Assembly (NCBI GenBank): GCA_016718345.1 | Contig: JADKDN010000009.1 | Span: 25,563-89,562 of the forward strand | Source of the DNA: Flavobacterium sp. | Lineage (GTDB): Bacteria > Bacteroidota > Bacteroidia > Flavobacteriales > Flavobacteriaceae | Length of the DNA: 64,000 nucleotides | Direction of reading: 5' to 3' | Shown: positions 22,559-34,602 of the stretch, piece by piece | Layout of the letters: every line of letters starts with the position of its first letter | Position numbering within the stretch: the first letter of the stretch is position 1 | Program-made: the position numbers and the translations under genes | Notes under the pieces: model-generated | Told to the model about the DNA's origin: nothing | Database searches by the model: none | What the model saw: the letters and a program-made list of their open reading frames with translations, nothing else

Positions 22559-23332
22559 ATGAAGAAAATAATTATATTAGTCTTGGTTAGTGCCAGTTTG
22601 GGATTTAGTTCTCAAAAAGAAAGAGCTTTTGATACTGGTGAATGGTTCAAATTTAGAATACATTACGGACTTATCAATGCTGGTTATGCCACACTTGAAG
22701 TTCAGGAAGCGGTTCGAAATAACAAAAAAGTATACCACGCCATAGGTAAAGGATATACAACAGGAATGTCTAGGTTCTTTTTTAAGGTAGACGACAATTA
22801 TGAAAGCTACTTTGACAAAGAAACAGGAAATCCCTACCAATTTGTTAGAAAAATTGACGAGGGAGGTTATACTAAAAATCAGGAAGGCTTTTTTAATCAA
22901 GCAACAAACAGAATTTTAGTAAAAGATTACAAACACAAATCTGAAAATACTTTTTTGATTCCCGAAAACACTCAGGACATCATGTCAACGTTTTATTACC
23001 TGAGAAATTATCCCACGATTGACAAATTAAAAGTAGGTGAGTCAGTAGCTGTAGATATGTTTTTTGACAATGAAACTACAAAGTTTAAGTTAAAATTCAT
23101 TGGTACTGAAGATTTAGAAACTAAATTTGGCGTCGTTCCAACCATGATTTTTAGACCCTTAGTTCAATCGGGTAGAGTCTTTAAAGAAAAAGAAAGCTTA
23201 ACCGTTTGGATATCAGATGATGACAATAAAATTCCTGTTCGAATTCAAGCGAGTTTAGCCGTTGGTTCCATAAAAGCAGATTTGGATGCTTTCAAAGGGC
23301 TTAAATATTCCTTTAAAGTTAAAGTAAAATAG
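22559..23332 (+). CDS. DUF3108-like secreted/periplasmic protein
   Basis: Signal peptide; GEWFKFRIHYG; VWISDDDNKIPVRI. Confidence 0.75.
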   Translation: MKKIIILVLVSASLGFSSQKERAFDTGEWFKFRIHYGLINAGYATLEVQEAVRNNKKVYHAIGKGYTTGMSRFFFKVDDNYESYFDKETGNPYQFVRKIDEGGYTKNQEGFFNQATNRILVKDYKHKSENTFLIPENTQDIMSTFYYLRNYPTIDKLKVGESVAVDMFFDNETTKFKLKFIGTEDLETKFGVVPTMIFRPLVQSGRVFKEKESLTVWISDDDNKIPVRIQASLAVGSIKADLDAFKGLKYSFKVKVK

Positions 23333-23423
23333 TAAATATTTGTACTAAATATAAAACTTTAAATGATGGTAAGCTATCCATAATTTGTAAAATAAAGTAA
23401 TTTAATTATTCTAAAATAAACTT

Positions 23424-24662
23424 TTGAGAAAAGTAGTTGTACTTATTGTCACATTCATTTTATTGCTATCGTGCAACAAATCTGAAAACGAAACACCTGA
23501 AGTTGTAACTAAACCTCAGCGCATCGTTGAACAATTTGGATTTAAATTCAATGATTTCAATGTATATCATGATACTATTCAAAAAGGCGATACTTTTGGC
23601 AGTATTATTGATAAACAAAACATTGGAGACAAGCAAGTATATGATATTATTGACAAAGTTAAAGACAGTTTCGATGTAAGAAAAGTTAGAATAGGAAAAC
23701 CGTTCACATTACTTCGCTCAAAAGACAGGTATAAAAAACTACAAGCCTTTATTTATCAGCCCGATAGAGGAACTTACTATGTCATCGATTTTAGAGACTC
23801 TCTTTTAGTTTATAAAAAAACCAGACCAATTCTTATTAAACGTAGAACAATAGCAGGAAGTCTTGACGGTTCACTATCTGAAGCCTTGAGCAAAGAAGGT
23901 GTGGATAACGCATTAGCAAACAAACTGACAAAAGTATACGCTTGGTCTATCGATTTCTTCAAATTAAAAAAAGGTGATAAATTTGGGATAACTTTTACCG
24001 AAAGGTACATTGATGATACGATTTACGACGGAGTTGATAGTCTCAAAGCGGCTTTTTTCGAATACAAAGGTAAAACCATTTATGCTTTTCCATTTGCTCA
24101 AAATGAAGCTTCTGGAAAAGTAGATTATTATGACGAAGAAGGGAAAGCACTTAAAAATTTCTTCCTAAAAGCACCACTTAAATTCGTAAATATTACCTCA
24201 CATTACACAAAAAATAGATTCCACCCTGTGCAATTAATATGGAAAGCTCATAAAGGTACAGATTATGCCGCGCCAACAGGTACTCCAATTATGACTACTG
24301 CATCAGGAATTGTGGAACAAACGGGTTACACCGCAGGAAACGGGAATTTTGTGAAAGTAAAGCACGACAGAACCTATTCTACACAATATTTACACATGTC
24401 AAAGATTTTGGCTCGAAGGGGACAACATGTAAATCAAGGAGATATCATTGGGAAAGTAGGAAGTACTGGATTAGCAACTGGGCCACACGTTTGTTATCGA
24501 TTTTGGAAAAATGGCCAACAAGTGGACGCTCTAAAACTTAAATTGCCAAATTCAGAACCAATGGATAAAAGGAATTTACCACGATTTTTGACTGTAATGA
24601 AACCTCTAAAACGCGAATTAGATAGTGTCTCGAATTTAAAATTCAAAAAGCAAAACAATTAA
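23424..24662 (+). CDS. M23 family peptidoglycan DD-metalloendopeptidase (lipoprotein)
   Basis: LLSC lipobox; HKGTDYAAPTG, YLHM, STGLATGPH. Confidence 0.9.
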   Translation: MRKVVVLIVTFILLLSCNKSENETPEVVTKPQRIVEQFGFKFNDFNVYHDTIQKGDTFGSIIDKQNIGDKQVYDIIDKVKDSFDVRKVRIGKPFTLLRSKDRYKKLQAFIYQPDRGTYYVIDFRDSLLVYKKTRPILIKRRTIAGSLDGSLSEALSKEGVDNALANKLTKVYAWSIDFFKLKKGDKFGITFTERYIDDTIYDGVDSLKAAFFEYKGKTIYAFPFAQNEASGKVDYYDEEGKALKNFFLKAPLKFVNITSHYTKNRFHPVQLIWKAHKGTDYAAPTGTPIMTTASGIVEQTGYTAGNGNFVKVKHDRTYSTQYLHMSKILARRGQHVNQGDIIGKVGSTGLATGPHVCYRFWKNGQQVDALKLKLPNSEPMDKRNLPRFLTVMKPLKRELDSVSNLKFKKQNN

Positions 24663-24723
24663 GAAAACAATCTTTTAAAGAATTTAAAAACTAAAATTGT
24701 AAATTTGCGCAAAATTTAAAATA

Positions 24724-26367
24724 ATGGCCTTAAAAAATACAAACCCAACAACAACAACAACTTGGCAAAAGCTCTCCAAACATTTTGATAGTATGCAACT
24801 AGCATCAATGCCCAAAATGTTTGAAGATGACAAAAATAGAGCAGCAAAATTTCATGTAAAATGGAATGATTTTTTAGTAGACTACTCAAAAAACAGAATC
24901 AATCAGGAGACGATTAATTTGTTACTTGAACTAGCAAATGAAGTAGAATTAAAAGACGCTATTGCTAAATATTTTGCAGGAGAAAGCATCAATCAAACTG
25001 AAAACAGAGCCGTTTTACATACCGCTTTAAGAGCGCCATCAAATACAGATGTAAAAGTTGAAGGAGAAAACGTAATTCCTGAAATTTTTGAAGTTAAAGA
25101 AAAAATTAAAAATTTCACCGCCGAAGTAATTAATGGCACTCGAAAAGGATACACTGGAAAAACCTTTACTGATGTTGTTAATATAGGAATTGGTGGGTCA
25201 GATCTTGGACCAGCAATGGTTGTGGAGGCTTTACAGTTTTACAAAAATCATTTGAATCTTCATTTCGTTTCAAACGTTGATGGAGACCATGTAAATGAAA
25301 TTATTAAAAAATTAAATCCAGAAACGACTCTTTTTGTGATTGTTTCCAAAACATTTACAACTCAAGAGACCTTGACAAATTCTGAAACTATCAGAAAATG
25401 GTTTTTACAATCCGCCACTCAAGAGGATGTTGCAAAACATTTTGTTGCTGTTTCGACTAATATCAAAAATGTAACCGAATTTGGTATTAATGAAAATAAT
25501 GTTTTCCCCATGTGGGATTGGGTTGGAGGAAGATTTTCATTGTGGAGCGCCGTTGGATTATCAATCAGTTTAGCAGTTGGTTTTGATAATTTTGATAAGT
25601 TGTTAACTGGCGCTAACAAAATGGACAACCATTTTAAAACGGCTGATTTCGACAAAAACATACCAGTAATTTTGGCACTGTTAAGTATCTGGTATAACAA
25701 TTTCTTTGGTGCCGAAAGTGAAGCACTTATCCCTTATACTCAATATTTGCAAAAACTAGCGCCATACTTGCAACAAGGAATTATGGAGAGTAATGGAAAA
25801 AGTATTGGACGCGACGGGAAACTAGTAAATTATCAAACAGGAACTATTATTTGGGGAGAACCTGGAACCAATTCTCAACATGCTTTTTTTCAGCTGATTC
25901 ACCAAGGAACAAAACTAATACCAACCGATTTTATTGGTTTTGTAAAACCTTTGTACGGAGACCAAGATCATCATGATAAATTAATGTCTAACTTTTTTGC
26001 ACAGACAGAAGCTTTATTAAATGGAAAGACGGAAGCCCAAGTTCAATCCGAGTTTGACAAACAAGGATTGTCAAAAGAAAAAGCTGGTTTTTTATTGCCT
26101 TTTAAAGTGTTTTCAGGGAATAAACCAACCAATACCATCTTAATTCAAAAGTTAACTCCTGAAAATTTGGGTTCTTTGATTGCACTTTACGAACACAAGA
26201 TATTCGTTCAAGGAATCATTTGGAATATATTCAGTTATGACCAATGGGGAGTGGAATTAGGGAAGCAATTGGCTAATTCTATTTTAAGCGAAATTAATTC
26301 GGGAGATGTAAAACAGCATGATAGTTCAACAACTTTTTTACTGTCTCATTTTTTGAAGAATAAATAA
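24724..26367 (+). CDS. pgi: glucose-6-phosphate isomerase
   Basis: [27 protein letters not shown]. Confidence 0.97.
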   Translation: MALKNTNPTTTTTWQKLSKHFDSMQLASMPKMFEDDKNRAAKFHVKWNDFLVDYSKNRINQETINLLLELANEVELKDAIAKYFAGESINQTENRAVLHTALRAPSNTDVKVEGENVIPEIFEVKEKIKNFTAEVINGTRKGYTGKTFTDVVNIGIGGSDLGPAMVVEALQFYKNHLNLHFVSNVDGDHVNEIIKKLNPETTLFVIVSKTFTTQETLTNSETIRKWFLQSATQEDVAKHFVAVSTNIKNVTEFGINENNVFPMWDWVGGRFSLWSAVGLSISLAVGFDNFDKLLTGANKMDNHFKTADFDKNIPVILALLSIWYNNFFGAESEALIPYTQYLQKLAPYLQQGIMESNGKSIGRDGKLVNYQTGTIIWGEPGTNSQHAFFQLIHQGTKLIPTDFIGFVKPLYGDQDHHDKLMSNFFAQTEALLNGKTEAQVQSEFDKQGLSKEKAGFLLPFKVFSGNKPTNTILIQKLTPENLGSLIALYEHKIFVQGIIWNIFSYDQWGVELGKQLANSILSEINSGDVKQHDSSTTFLLSHFLKNK

Positions 26368-26456
26368 AAATAACGCATCACAATTTTAAACCTCAAAGTA
26401 ATTTGAGGTTTTTTTATCCTTTTTTTCTTATATTTGAAATTCAAAAAAATAAAAGC

Positions 26457-26885
26457 ATGGATACTTTCATTCAAAAATTTCATTCGGGTTGGGCCTATTT
26501 GGCAATAGCATTACTAGTATTCGCAGTTGTAAATTCAATCATTGGAAAGACTTCTGGGAAAGAATTTACTGCAAAAGACAGAAAAATAGCATTATTTGCC
26601 TTGATAGGAGTTCATATTCAATTGCTAGTAGGAATCATTTTATATTTCGTATCTCCTCTAGGTTCTGCATCATTTGGGCAAATGAGTGATAAAGCATTGC
26701 GATTAACTTCATTGGAACATCCGTTGATCAATATTATTGCTATAGTTTTGATTACAATTGGTTGGTCAAAACACAAGAAGGCAACTGAATCTGTGGCAAA
26801 GTTTAAATCAATAGCTCTTTTTTATGGTTTAGGACTTGTTTTAATATTAAGTAGAATTCCTTGGTCATTGTGGTTTTCAAATTAA
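26457..26885 (+). CDS. conserved 4-TM membrane protein of unknown function
   Basis: Start MDTFIQKFHSGWAY at 26457; four hydrophobic helices; EHP motif. Confidence 0.7.
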   Translation: MDTFIQKFHSGWAYLAIALLVFAVVNSIIGKTSGKEFTAKDRKIALFALIGVHIQLLVGIILYFVSPLGSASFGQMSDKALRLTSLEHPLINIIAIVLITIGWSKHKKATESVAKFKSIALFYGLGLVLILSRIPWSLWFSN

Positions 26886-26938
26886 GATTTTTCGGATTTT
26901 AAATTTTAAATCAAAGGAATTTAACTAAAAACCATCGG

Positions 26939-27415
26939 ATGAAAAAAGCAATAACCTTATTTCTTTCAATTGCTATAATTGGTATTGTTACCAGTCAAAT
27001 TGCTGTAAAAGACAAGACAAAATCAGTTGTCCAAAAGGATACTGTCAAAAATGAAAAAGTAGTTCAGCCTGGAGTTATATTCAACGATTCGGTAATTGCT
27101 ATTAAAGGGTTGTTTAAACCGTATAAGAAAGATGTTCAAGCATCCTATTACGCTAATAAATTCAATGGAAGGAGAACTGCTAGTGGGAAAAAGTTTGATA
27201 ATAACAAATATACTGCAGCACACAGAAAATTGCCTTTTGGCACAAAACTTAAAATAACTAATGAGTCTAATGGAAAATTTGTATTAGTAGAAGTAACTGA
27301 TAGAGGACCATTTTCCAGAGGAAGAGAAATAGATTTATCAAGAAGGGCTTTTATGGACATTACCTCCAATAAAAACAGTGGATCTATGAAAGTTAAAATA
27401 GAAATTGCCGAATAG
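26939..27415 (+). CDS. rlpA: septal ring lytic transglycosylase RlpA family
   Basis: ASYY...TASG...TAAHRKLPFGT...DRGPF...IDLS. Confidence 0.9.
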   Translation: MKKAITLFLSIAIIGIVTSQIAVKDKTKSVVQKDTVKNEKVVQPGVIFNDSVIAIKGLFKPYKKDVQASYYANKFNGRRTASGKKFDNNKYTAAHRKLPFGTKLKITNESNGKFVLVEVTDRGPFSRGREIDLSRRAFMDITSNKNSGSMKVKIEIAE

Positions 27416-27417
27416 AT

Positions 27418-27885
27418 TTACCAGCTTTTATAAGGATTTTGACTTAAATAGGCATTATAATAACGTATGTCATTTGTAACTTCTTTTCCCAACCAATCGG
27501 GTTTTTTGAAGTGTTCGTTTTCATTTGAAAGTTCTATTTCTGCAATGATAAGCCCTTCATTATCACCATGGAATTCATCAACTTCAAAAACGTGTTTCCC
27601 GACAGTTATTTCATAGCGTGTTTTGTGAATAACCCCTTTTTCACAAAGCAAAAGCAGTGGCTTGGCTTCAAGTAATGAAATCTCAGTTTCCCATTCAAAT
27701 CGAGTTGTCCCTGTTTCGTTACTTTTACCTTTAATAGTTATAAAACCACTTTCCCCTTTTATTCGAATTCTTACGGTTCTTTCAGGATTAGAATTTAAAT
27801 AACCTTGAGCAATTTCATGTTTAGTGAAAGCTTCTGATTTAAATTTTTCAGAAGTCACTAGAAATTTTCGTTCTATTTCAATCAT
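27418..27885 (-). CDS. CYTH domain protein
   Basis: EIERKFLV N-terminal motif; AEIEL. Confidence 0.9.
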   Translation of the reverse strand: MIEIERKFLVTSEKFKSEAFTKHEIAQGYLNSNPERTVRIRIKGESGFITIKGKSNETGTTRFEWETEISLLEAKPLLLLCEKGVIHKTRYEITVGKHVFEVDEFHGDNEGLIIAEIELSNENEHFKKPDWLGKEVTNDIRYYNAYLSQNPYKSW

Positions 27886-27973
27886 TAGTTATTTTAATTA
27901 CGATGAGTATCAAAGATAACATATTATTCAAAGTATTTTTAATAGTTCTATTATCTCTTTCTAAATTTGTAAG

Positions 27974-29054
27974 ATGCAGGATTTTAATTCAAATAGAAAA
28001 ATTATTCATATCGATATGGATGCATTTTATGCTTCTGTAGAACAAATGGATAATCCTGATTTGAAAGGAAAGCCAGTTGCTGTAGGAGGAAATGAAACAA
28101 GAGGCGTGGTTTCGGCGGCAAGTTATGAGGCACGAAAATTCGTGTTCGAAGTGCTTTGAGTGGAGTTTTAGCTAAGAAATATTGTCCAGAGTTGATATTT
28201 GTAAGACCTAGATTTGAAAGATATAAAGAGATTTCAAAAAAAATCAGAAAAATATTTTACGAATATACTGATTTGGTTGAACCACTTTCATTAGATGAAG
28301 CTTATTTAGATGTTACTCAAAATAAAAAGGAAATCCAAGCGCTACATTAATAGCTCAAGAAATTCGATATAGGATATGGAATGAAATTGGATTAACAGCG
28401 TCGGCAGGAATTTCCATCAATAAATTCATTGCTAAGATTGCTAGCGATTATAATAAACCTAATGGTCAAAAAACGGTAGGTCCAGATGAGGTTTTATCTT
28501 TTTTAGAAGAATTACCCATTCGGAAATTTTATGGAGTTGGTAAAGTTACCACTGAAAAAATGTATCAATTAGGTATTTTTACGGGTTTGGATTTAAAGAA
28601 TAAATCAGAAGAATTTCTAGAAAAACATTTTGGGAAATCAGGTAAATTCTATTATAGTGTGGTTCGCGGTATTCACAATAGTGAGGTGAAATCAGATAGA
28701 ATAACAAAATCCGTTGCTGCCGAACATACTTTCAATGAAAATCTTTCTTCAGAGATTTTTATGGAAGAAAAGTTACAAACAATAGCCCAACAGTTAGAAA
28801 AACGAATAAAGAAAAACGATATTGCTGGAAAAACAGTGACTTTAAAAATAAAATATAGCGATTTTACTCAGCAAACCCGAAGCAAAACATTACCTTATTT
28901 TATTTCAGACAAAGCGTTACTATTTGAAATAGCCAAGGAGTTATTGTATCAAGAACGGATGAAAAATTCGGTTAGATTACTTGGAATTTCATTGAACAAT
29001 TTAAATACAGAAATAAAGAAAATCATTGTGGTTCAGCTTAAATTTGATTTTTAA
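27974..29054 (+). CDS. dinB: DNA polymerase IV (indels near 28140 and 28325)
   Basis: [36 protein letters not shown]. Confidence 0.93.
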
Positions 29055-30277
29055 TCTTCTTTATCCACAGCATCTTTGTAATCTGGATACAAAAATTTAT
29101 TGTAAGGGAAACGGGTAATGTGAATTTGTCTTACCGCTTCATAAACACGCTCTCTAAATTCCTCTATGTTTTCTTTATTAACAGCCGAAATAAACAAGGC
29201 GTTTTCTTCACCAACATTGCTCATCCAAGTAGATTTCCATTCTTCGAGAGTGTAGTGCCTTTTGGTTTTTTCAGTAATTAAATCATCCTCATCAATGGTA
29301 AGGTGTTTGAACGCATCAATTTTATTAAAAACCATTATGGTTGGTTTATTACTACTTTTGATATCTAATAAAGTTTGATTTACGGATGCAATGTGATCTT
29401 CAAAATCTGGATGTGAAATATCTACAACATGAAGTAATAAATCGGCCTCGCGAACTTCATCCAATGTACTTTTAAAAGAATCAACAAGTTGAGTAGGTAA
29501 TTTTCTTATAAAACCAACTGTGTCAGAAAGTAAAAAAGGTAAATTTTTAATTACTACTTTTCTAACCGTGGTGTCTAATGTTGCAAAAAGTTTGTTTTCG
29601 ACAAAAACTTCACTCTTACTTATAACATTCATTAGAGTTGATTTTCCAACATTGGTGTAACCAACGAGAGCAACGCGAACCATAGCTCCACGATTTCCTC
29701 TTTGAACCGACATTTGTTTATCAATAACTTTAATTTTCTCTTTTAATAAAGAGATTCTGTCTCTAACAATACGTCTGTCGGTTTCTATTTCGGTTTCACC
29801 AGGACCACGCATACCAATACCTCCTTTTTGACGTTCTAAGTGTGTCCACATTCCAGAAAGTCTGGGTAATAAATAAATGCATTGGGCGAGTTCTACTTGT
29901 GTTTTAGCATAAGAAGATTCTGCTCTTTGAGCGAAAATATCTAGGATGAGATTGGTTCGATCTAAAACTTTGCAATCTAAAATTTTGGTAATGTTTTTTT
30001 GTTGAGATGGAGACAACTCGTCGTCAAAAATTACGGTTGAAACCTTATTTTGTTTTATATAACGATTAATTTCATCCATCTTTCCTGTTCCTAAAAAAGT
30101 TTTAGGATTTGGTCGTTCCATTTTTTGAAAAAAACGTTTTATAACTTCACCACCAGCAGTAAAGGTTAGGAATTCTAATTCATCAAGATATTCAGTTAGT
30201 TTATCTTCTGATTGATTTTGAGTTATGATTCCAACGATAACCGTTTTCTCAAATTTTGTAGTTTCTTTTTCTAGCAT
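29051..30277 (-). CDS. hflX: GTPase HflX
   Basis: GPGETEIETD, GYTNVGKS, LFATLD, DTVGF, NKID. Confidence 0.96.
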   Translation of the reverse strand: MLEKETTKFEKTVIVGIITQNQSEDKLTEYLDELEFLTFTAGGEVIKRFFQKMERPNPKTFLGTGKMDEINRYIKQNKVSTVIFDDELSPSQQKNITKILDCKVLDRTNLILDIFAQRAESSYAKTQVELAQCIYLLPRLSGMWTHLERQKGGIGMRGPGETEIETDRRIVRDRISLLKEKIKVIDKQMSVQRGNRGAMVRVALVGYTNVGKSTLMNVISKSEVFVENKLFATLDTTVRKVVIKNLPFLLSDTVGFIRKLPTQLVDSFKSTLDEVREADLLLHVVDISHPDFEDHIASVNQTLLDIKSSNKPTIMVFNKIDAFKHLTIDEDDLITEKTKRHYTLEEWKSTWMSNVGEENALFISAVNKENIEEFRERVYEAVRQIHITRFPYNKFLYPDYKDAVDKED

Positions 30278-30452
30278 TAGTTCTTAAATGTTATGCAAAT
30301 TTAGTGATTTACAAAACAATAAAAATCAAAATAAACATTTAAGAGTTTATTTCTTAGAAGGGTTCTATATCAAAGTTTTAAACTTTTACAAAAAGCAAAA
30401 AAACACTATATTGCATCAGTAATACACATGAACAAAATTGCATTTCAGAACT

Positions 30453-33400
30453 ATGAAAAAACATTTACCGTTGCTTGTTTTTATTTTATCGATTTACAAT
30501 TTAAGTGCTCAAAATCTCATTGTTAATGGCGATTTTGAGAGTGGTGGTAATGGGGTTGGTTTCATTACAGATGGAGCAGGTTATTCAGAGCTTTTAGCTC
30601 CTTTTCAGGTCAACAGTTTCAGGAAATTTTGCTTTAGCTACCAATCCAATATCAGTTAATTCCTCTATATTTATCAACGCAGGAGATCATACTACAGGGT
30701 CAGGAAAAATGTTGATTGTAGATGGAAATACAACAGCAGGCTCGCCTCGATTTTGGAAGGCAGGCAATGCTGGATCTGTATTTGTGGATTGACTATTGGT
30801 ACTTCTTATACTTTTAGTTATTGGGTAAAATCAATTTCAACTACGGTCACTTAACGCATCCACGCAGGCAGGTATAGGTATTTCTTTTACTGGAGCAGGA
30901 AGCATTGTTCCAACTCCTTTTAGTTCAGTTGTTCCATTGCCTGCTTCGGGATGGAAGCAAGTGGTTTATACTTTTAAAGCAACTGCAACCTGTGTTTCTA
31001 TTGAACTTTGGAATAATAATGTAAATGCAACAGGGAATGACTTTGCAGTTGATGATTTTTTCCCCTAACAAGACTACAACCTTTATCATTAAACTATACA
31101 TCACAGAGTCCTACTTGTCCTGGTTTATCAAATGGGTCTATATCAGGTTTTGGAATAGGAGGTGTTTTACCTATGCCAATTATACTTTGACAGGGATTAT
31201 TCCTGTAGTTGCATCTATTACAAACAGTACAGGAATATTTACAGGCTTAAGTGCTGAACCTATAGTCTTTCTATAAAGATGCGGTTAATACGGTTATCAC
31301 GCAAAACAACATTGTTTTAACGACACCGACTGATTTAACAGTCAGTTCAGGAGTGACAAATTGTTCATCAACATCAACAGCTTTATCAGTAAGCGGAGGC
31401 TCTTCGGGTTATACTTGGACAGCATCCCCTTCAGATCCGACTTTAACTACACCAAATGTTTCAAATCCAACTGTCAGTCCAACACAGACAACAATTTATA
31501 CAGTAACTTCTAGTTCTGTAATTACTAATGATGAATTAATATATAATGGTGATTTTTCATTAGGGAATGTTGGATTTAGTACTGATTATAAGTATTTGGT
31601 AGTTTCACCGGGAGCTCAGGGCGTTACGGAATTACAACCAATGCAAATAGTTATTGGAGTGGTTTTCAACCATGCGTAGAACGTTTATCTCCTGGTGTAG
31701 GAAAAATGATGGTGGCTGACGGTTCAATTGTGAATGGGGGGAACGACAGGGTTTGGTGTCAAACAGTTGCTGTAAAGCCAGGTCAGAATTATGTTTTTAG
31801 TTATTGGTCAGAATCTATTCAATCGGCAACATTGGCAAATATAGAAGTTCTTATTAACGGAGTTTCTATTGCACCTCCTGCCTCTACAGGAGGAGTTTGT
31901 AATTGGTTAAAGAAGACGATCAATTGGAGTTCTGGTGTAAGTACTACAGCTGAAATTTGTATATATGATAGAAGTATCATTTCAGCAGGAAATGACTTTG
32001 CTATTGATGATATATCATTTAAAGAATCCTCAGCTACTTGTAATTTATCTAAGTCTGTTACCGTTACTATTCCAAACCCAATAAACTTAATAATTACAAA
32101 TCCATCATTTGTTTGTTCACCTGGATCGGTAGATATTACACAGCCTTCTATTACAGCAGGTAGCACTACTGGAACAGTAATTTCATATTGGAGAGATGCA
32201 GCTGGGACAGTTCCATTACTTAATCCAAACAGCATAACATTATCTGGTACATACTACATTAAAAGCACAATTGCTCCATGTTCAGTTATCAAGCCAGTTG
32301 TTGTTGATATTCTTACAAACAACACCATAAGTTTGTCTTCTGGTGTAGGAACTAACGCTCAAACCAGAGTATTAATACACCTATTACTACTATTACGTAT
32401 AACACTACAGGAAGTACAGGAGCTACGTTCTTAGGGCTTCCATCAGGGGTTAATGGTGTTTGGTCAGCCAATACAGTGACGATTTCAGGAACTCCATCTG
32501 TTTCGGTAGGGTCTCCCTATAGTTACACAGTAACCTTAACTGGGGGGTGTGGAATTATCAGTACAACAGGAACTATTTCTGTGAATCCTAATAACACCAT
32601 AAGTTTATCATCTGCTGTAGGAACTAATGCCCAAACGGTTTGTATCAATGGACCTATTACCACTATTACGTACACTACTAGAGGGGCCACAGGGGCCACG
32701 TTCTTAGGGCTTCCATCAGGGGTTAATGGCGTTTGGTCAGCCAATACAGTGACAATTTCAGGAACTCCATCTGTTTCGGTAGGGTCTCCCTATACTTACA
32801 CAGTAACCTTAACTGGAGGTGCAGGAACAATCAGTACAACAGGAACAATTTCTGTGAATCTCAATAATACCGTAAGTCTATCTTCTGCTGTAGCATCCGA
32901 TGCTCAGACTGTTTGTATCAATGCACCTATTGCCAATATTACGCATACCACTAGGGACTAGGAGCCACGTTCTTAGGGCTTCCATCAGGGGTTAATGGTG
33001 TTTGGTCGGCCAATACAGTAACAATTTCAGGAACTCCATCTGTTTCGGTAGGGTCTCCCTATAGTTACACAGTAACCTTAACTGGGGGGTGTGGAACTGT
33101 AAGTACAACAGGAACTATTTCAGTGAATCCTAATAATATTCCCACCTTCAGTCCAGTAAGTTCAATATGCTCAGGAGATATTTTATCACCATTGCCTACT
33201 AACTCTCTCAACGGAATAACAGGAACATGGTCTCCAGTTTTAAACAATACAGCAACAACCATTTATACTTTTACACCAAGTTCAAATCAATGTTCAACAA
33301 CATCTAATTTGACAATAAATGTTACTCCTATAAGTATTCCAACTTTTACAGTTGTAAATTCATATTGTAGAGGCAGTTTAATACCGGATTTACCCACAAC

Positions 33401-34406
33401 ATCAAACAATGGAATCATAGGGACTTGGTCTCCGAATATCAATAATACAACTACCACAATCTATACTTTTATTCCCAATGTAGGTCAATGTTCATTGACA
33501 ACAACTTTGACTTTAAATATTAATTCAATAGAAACGCCATCATTTATTCCAATTGATCCTATATGTGCTGGTGCCATACTTGAACCTCTTTCTACAACAT
33601 CAGTAAATGGAATTTCTGGAACATGGTCTCCAGCTTTAAATAATACGCTTACTACAGAATATAGTTTCACACCTAATTTAGGACAATGTGGGACTCCTGT
33701 AAAACTAACCATAACCGTAATTCCAAATACGACACCAATTTTCGACCCAATTAGTCCAATATGTTCAGGAGATTTTTTGTCTCCACTTCCTAATATTTCT
33801 ATTAATGGTATAACTGGTTTTTGGTCTCCTATTCTAGATAACACAATTACAAAGACCTATAATTTCACTCCAAGTTCAGGGCAATGTGCTACTTCTCAAA
33901 CAGTAACAATTTTGGTAAATTCAATTCCAGAGTTTTCGATTTCGGGCGTTTGTGATGGTACTGACTTTGTTTTAAGTAGCAGTCAAGAAAATAATTCAGA
34001 TAACTTGACCTATTCATGGTATAATGCTTTAAATGAAAAAATAGGAAGTTCTCCGACTGTTAAAATTACACAGAAAGGGAATTATAGTGTTGAGGTTGAA
34101 GATGGTAAATGTAAAGCTTCCAAAGATTTTGAGGTAAACAGTATATTTTGTGAAATTCCAAAAGGGATTTCACCAAATAATGATCAAAGAAATGACTCTT
34201 TTGACTTAAGAAATTTAACCGTAAACAAACTTGAGATTTTCGATAGATATGGAGTAAAGGTGTATAGTAAATTAAACTATCAAAACGAATGGGATGGAAC
34301 AAGCGATAAAGGACAGAAATTACCCGATGGAACTTATTATTATGTGGTAGAATTTAAATCTGGTAAATCAAAAACAGGATGGGTATATCTTAATCGAGAG
34401 AATTAA
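30453..34406 (+). CDS. T9SS type B CTD cargo / adhesin, paralog 1 (many frameshifts; artefact or pseudogene)
   Basis: Signal peptide then [13 protein letters not shown]; two NGDF...GNDFA(I/V)DD lectin-like domains; Thr/Ser-rich repeats; [10 protein letters not shown]...NEWDG...GTYYY...GWVYLNR CTD. Confidence 0.8.
32318..33131 (+). repeat. three tandem ~273-nt (91-aa) intragenic repeats
   Basis: Units start at 32318, 32590 and 32863 and share near-identical ttcttagggcttccatcaggggttaatgg...ggaactccatctgtttcggtagggtctccctat. Confidence 0.9.
33138..33925 (+). repeat. four diverged ~66-aa Cys-containing repeats
   Basis: PxF...ICxG...LPxxSxNGIxGxWSP.xxNT.TT.YxFTP..xQC repeated four times; two copies also occur in paralog 2. 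Confidence 0.8.
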
Positions 34407-34478
34407 TTATTTTTTAAAAAATAGTCAAAAAAATATATTATTCATAATTTCAACAAAAAAATCAAAATATTTTTCAAC

Positions 34479-34494
34479 ACTACTACGTTTTCGT
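34479..34494. promoter_or_regulatory. operator-like motif
   Basis: ACTACTACGTTTTCGT, matching the motifs at 6392 and 51635. Confidence 0.45.
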
Positions 34495-34602
34495 ATCCTC
34501 TGTAAGATATAATTACATAAAGAAGTTTAGTTTTTTGTATAGTTTTACAATCCAAACAAAAAACTAATAGTTTATTAAACAAATCTTAAAACTTTTTTAG
34601 TA

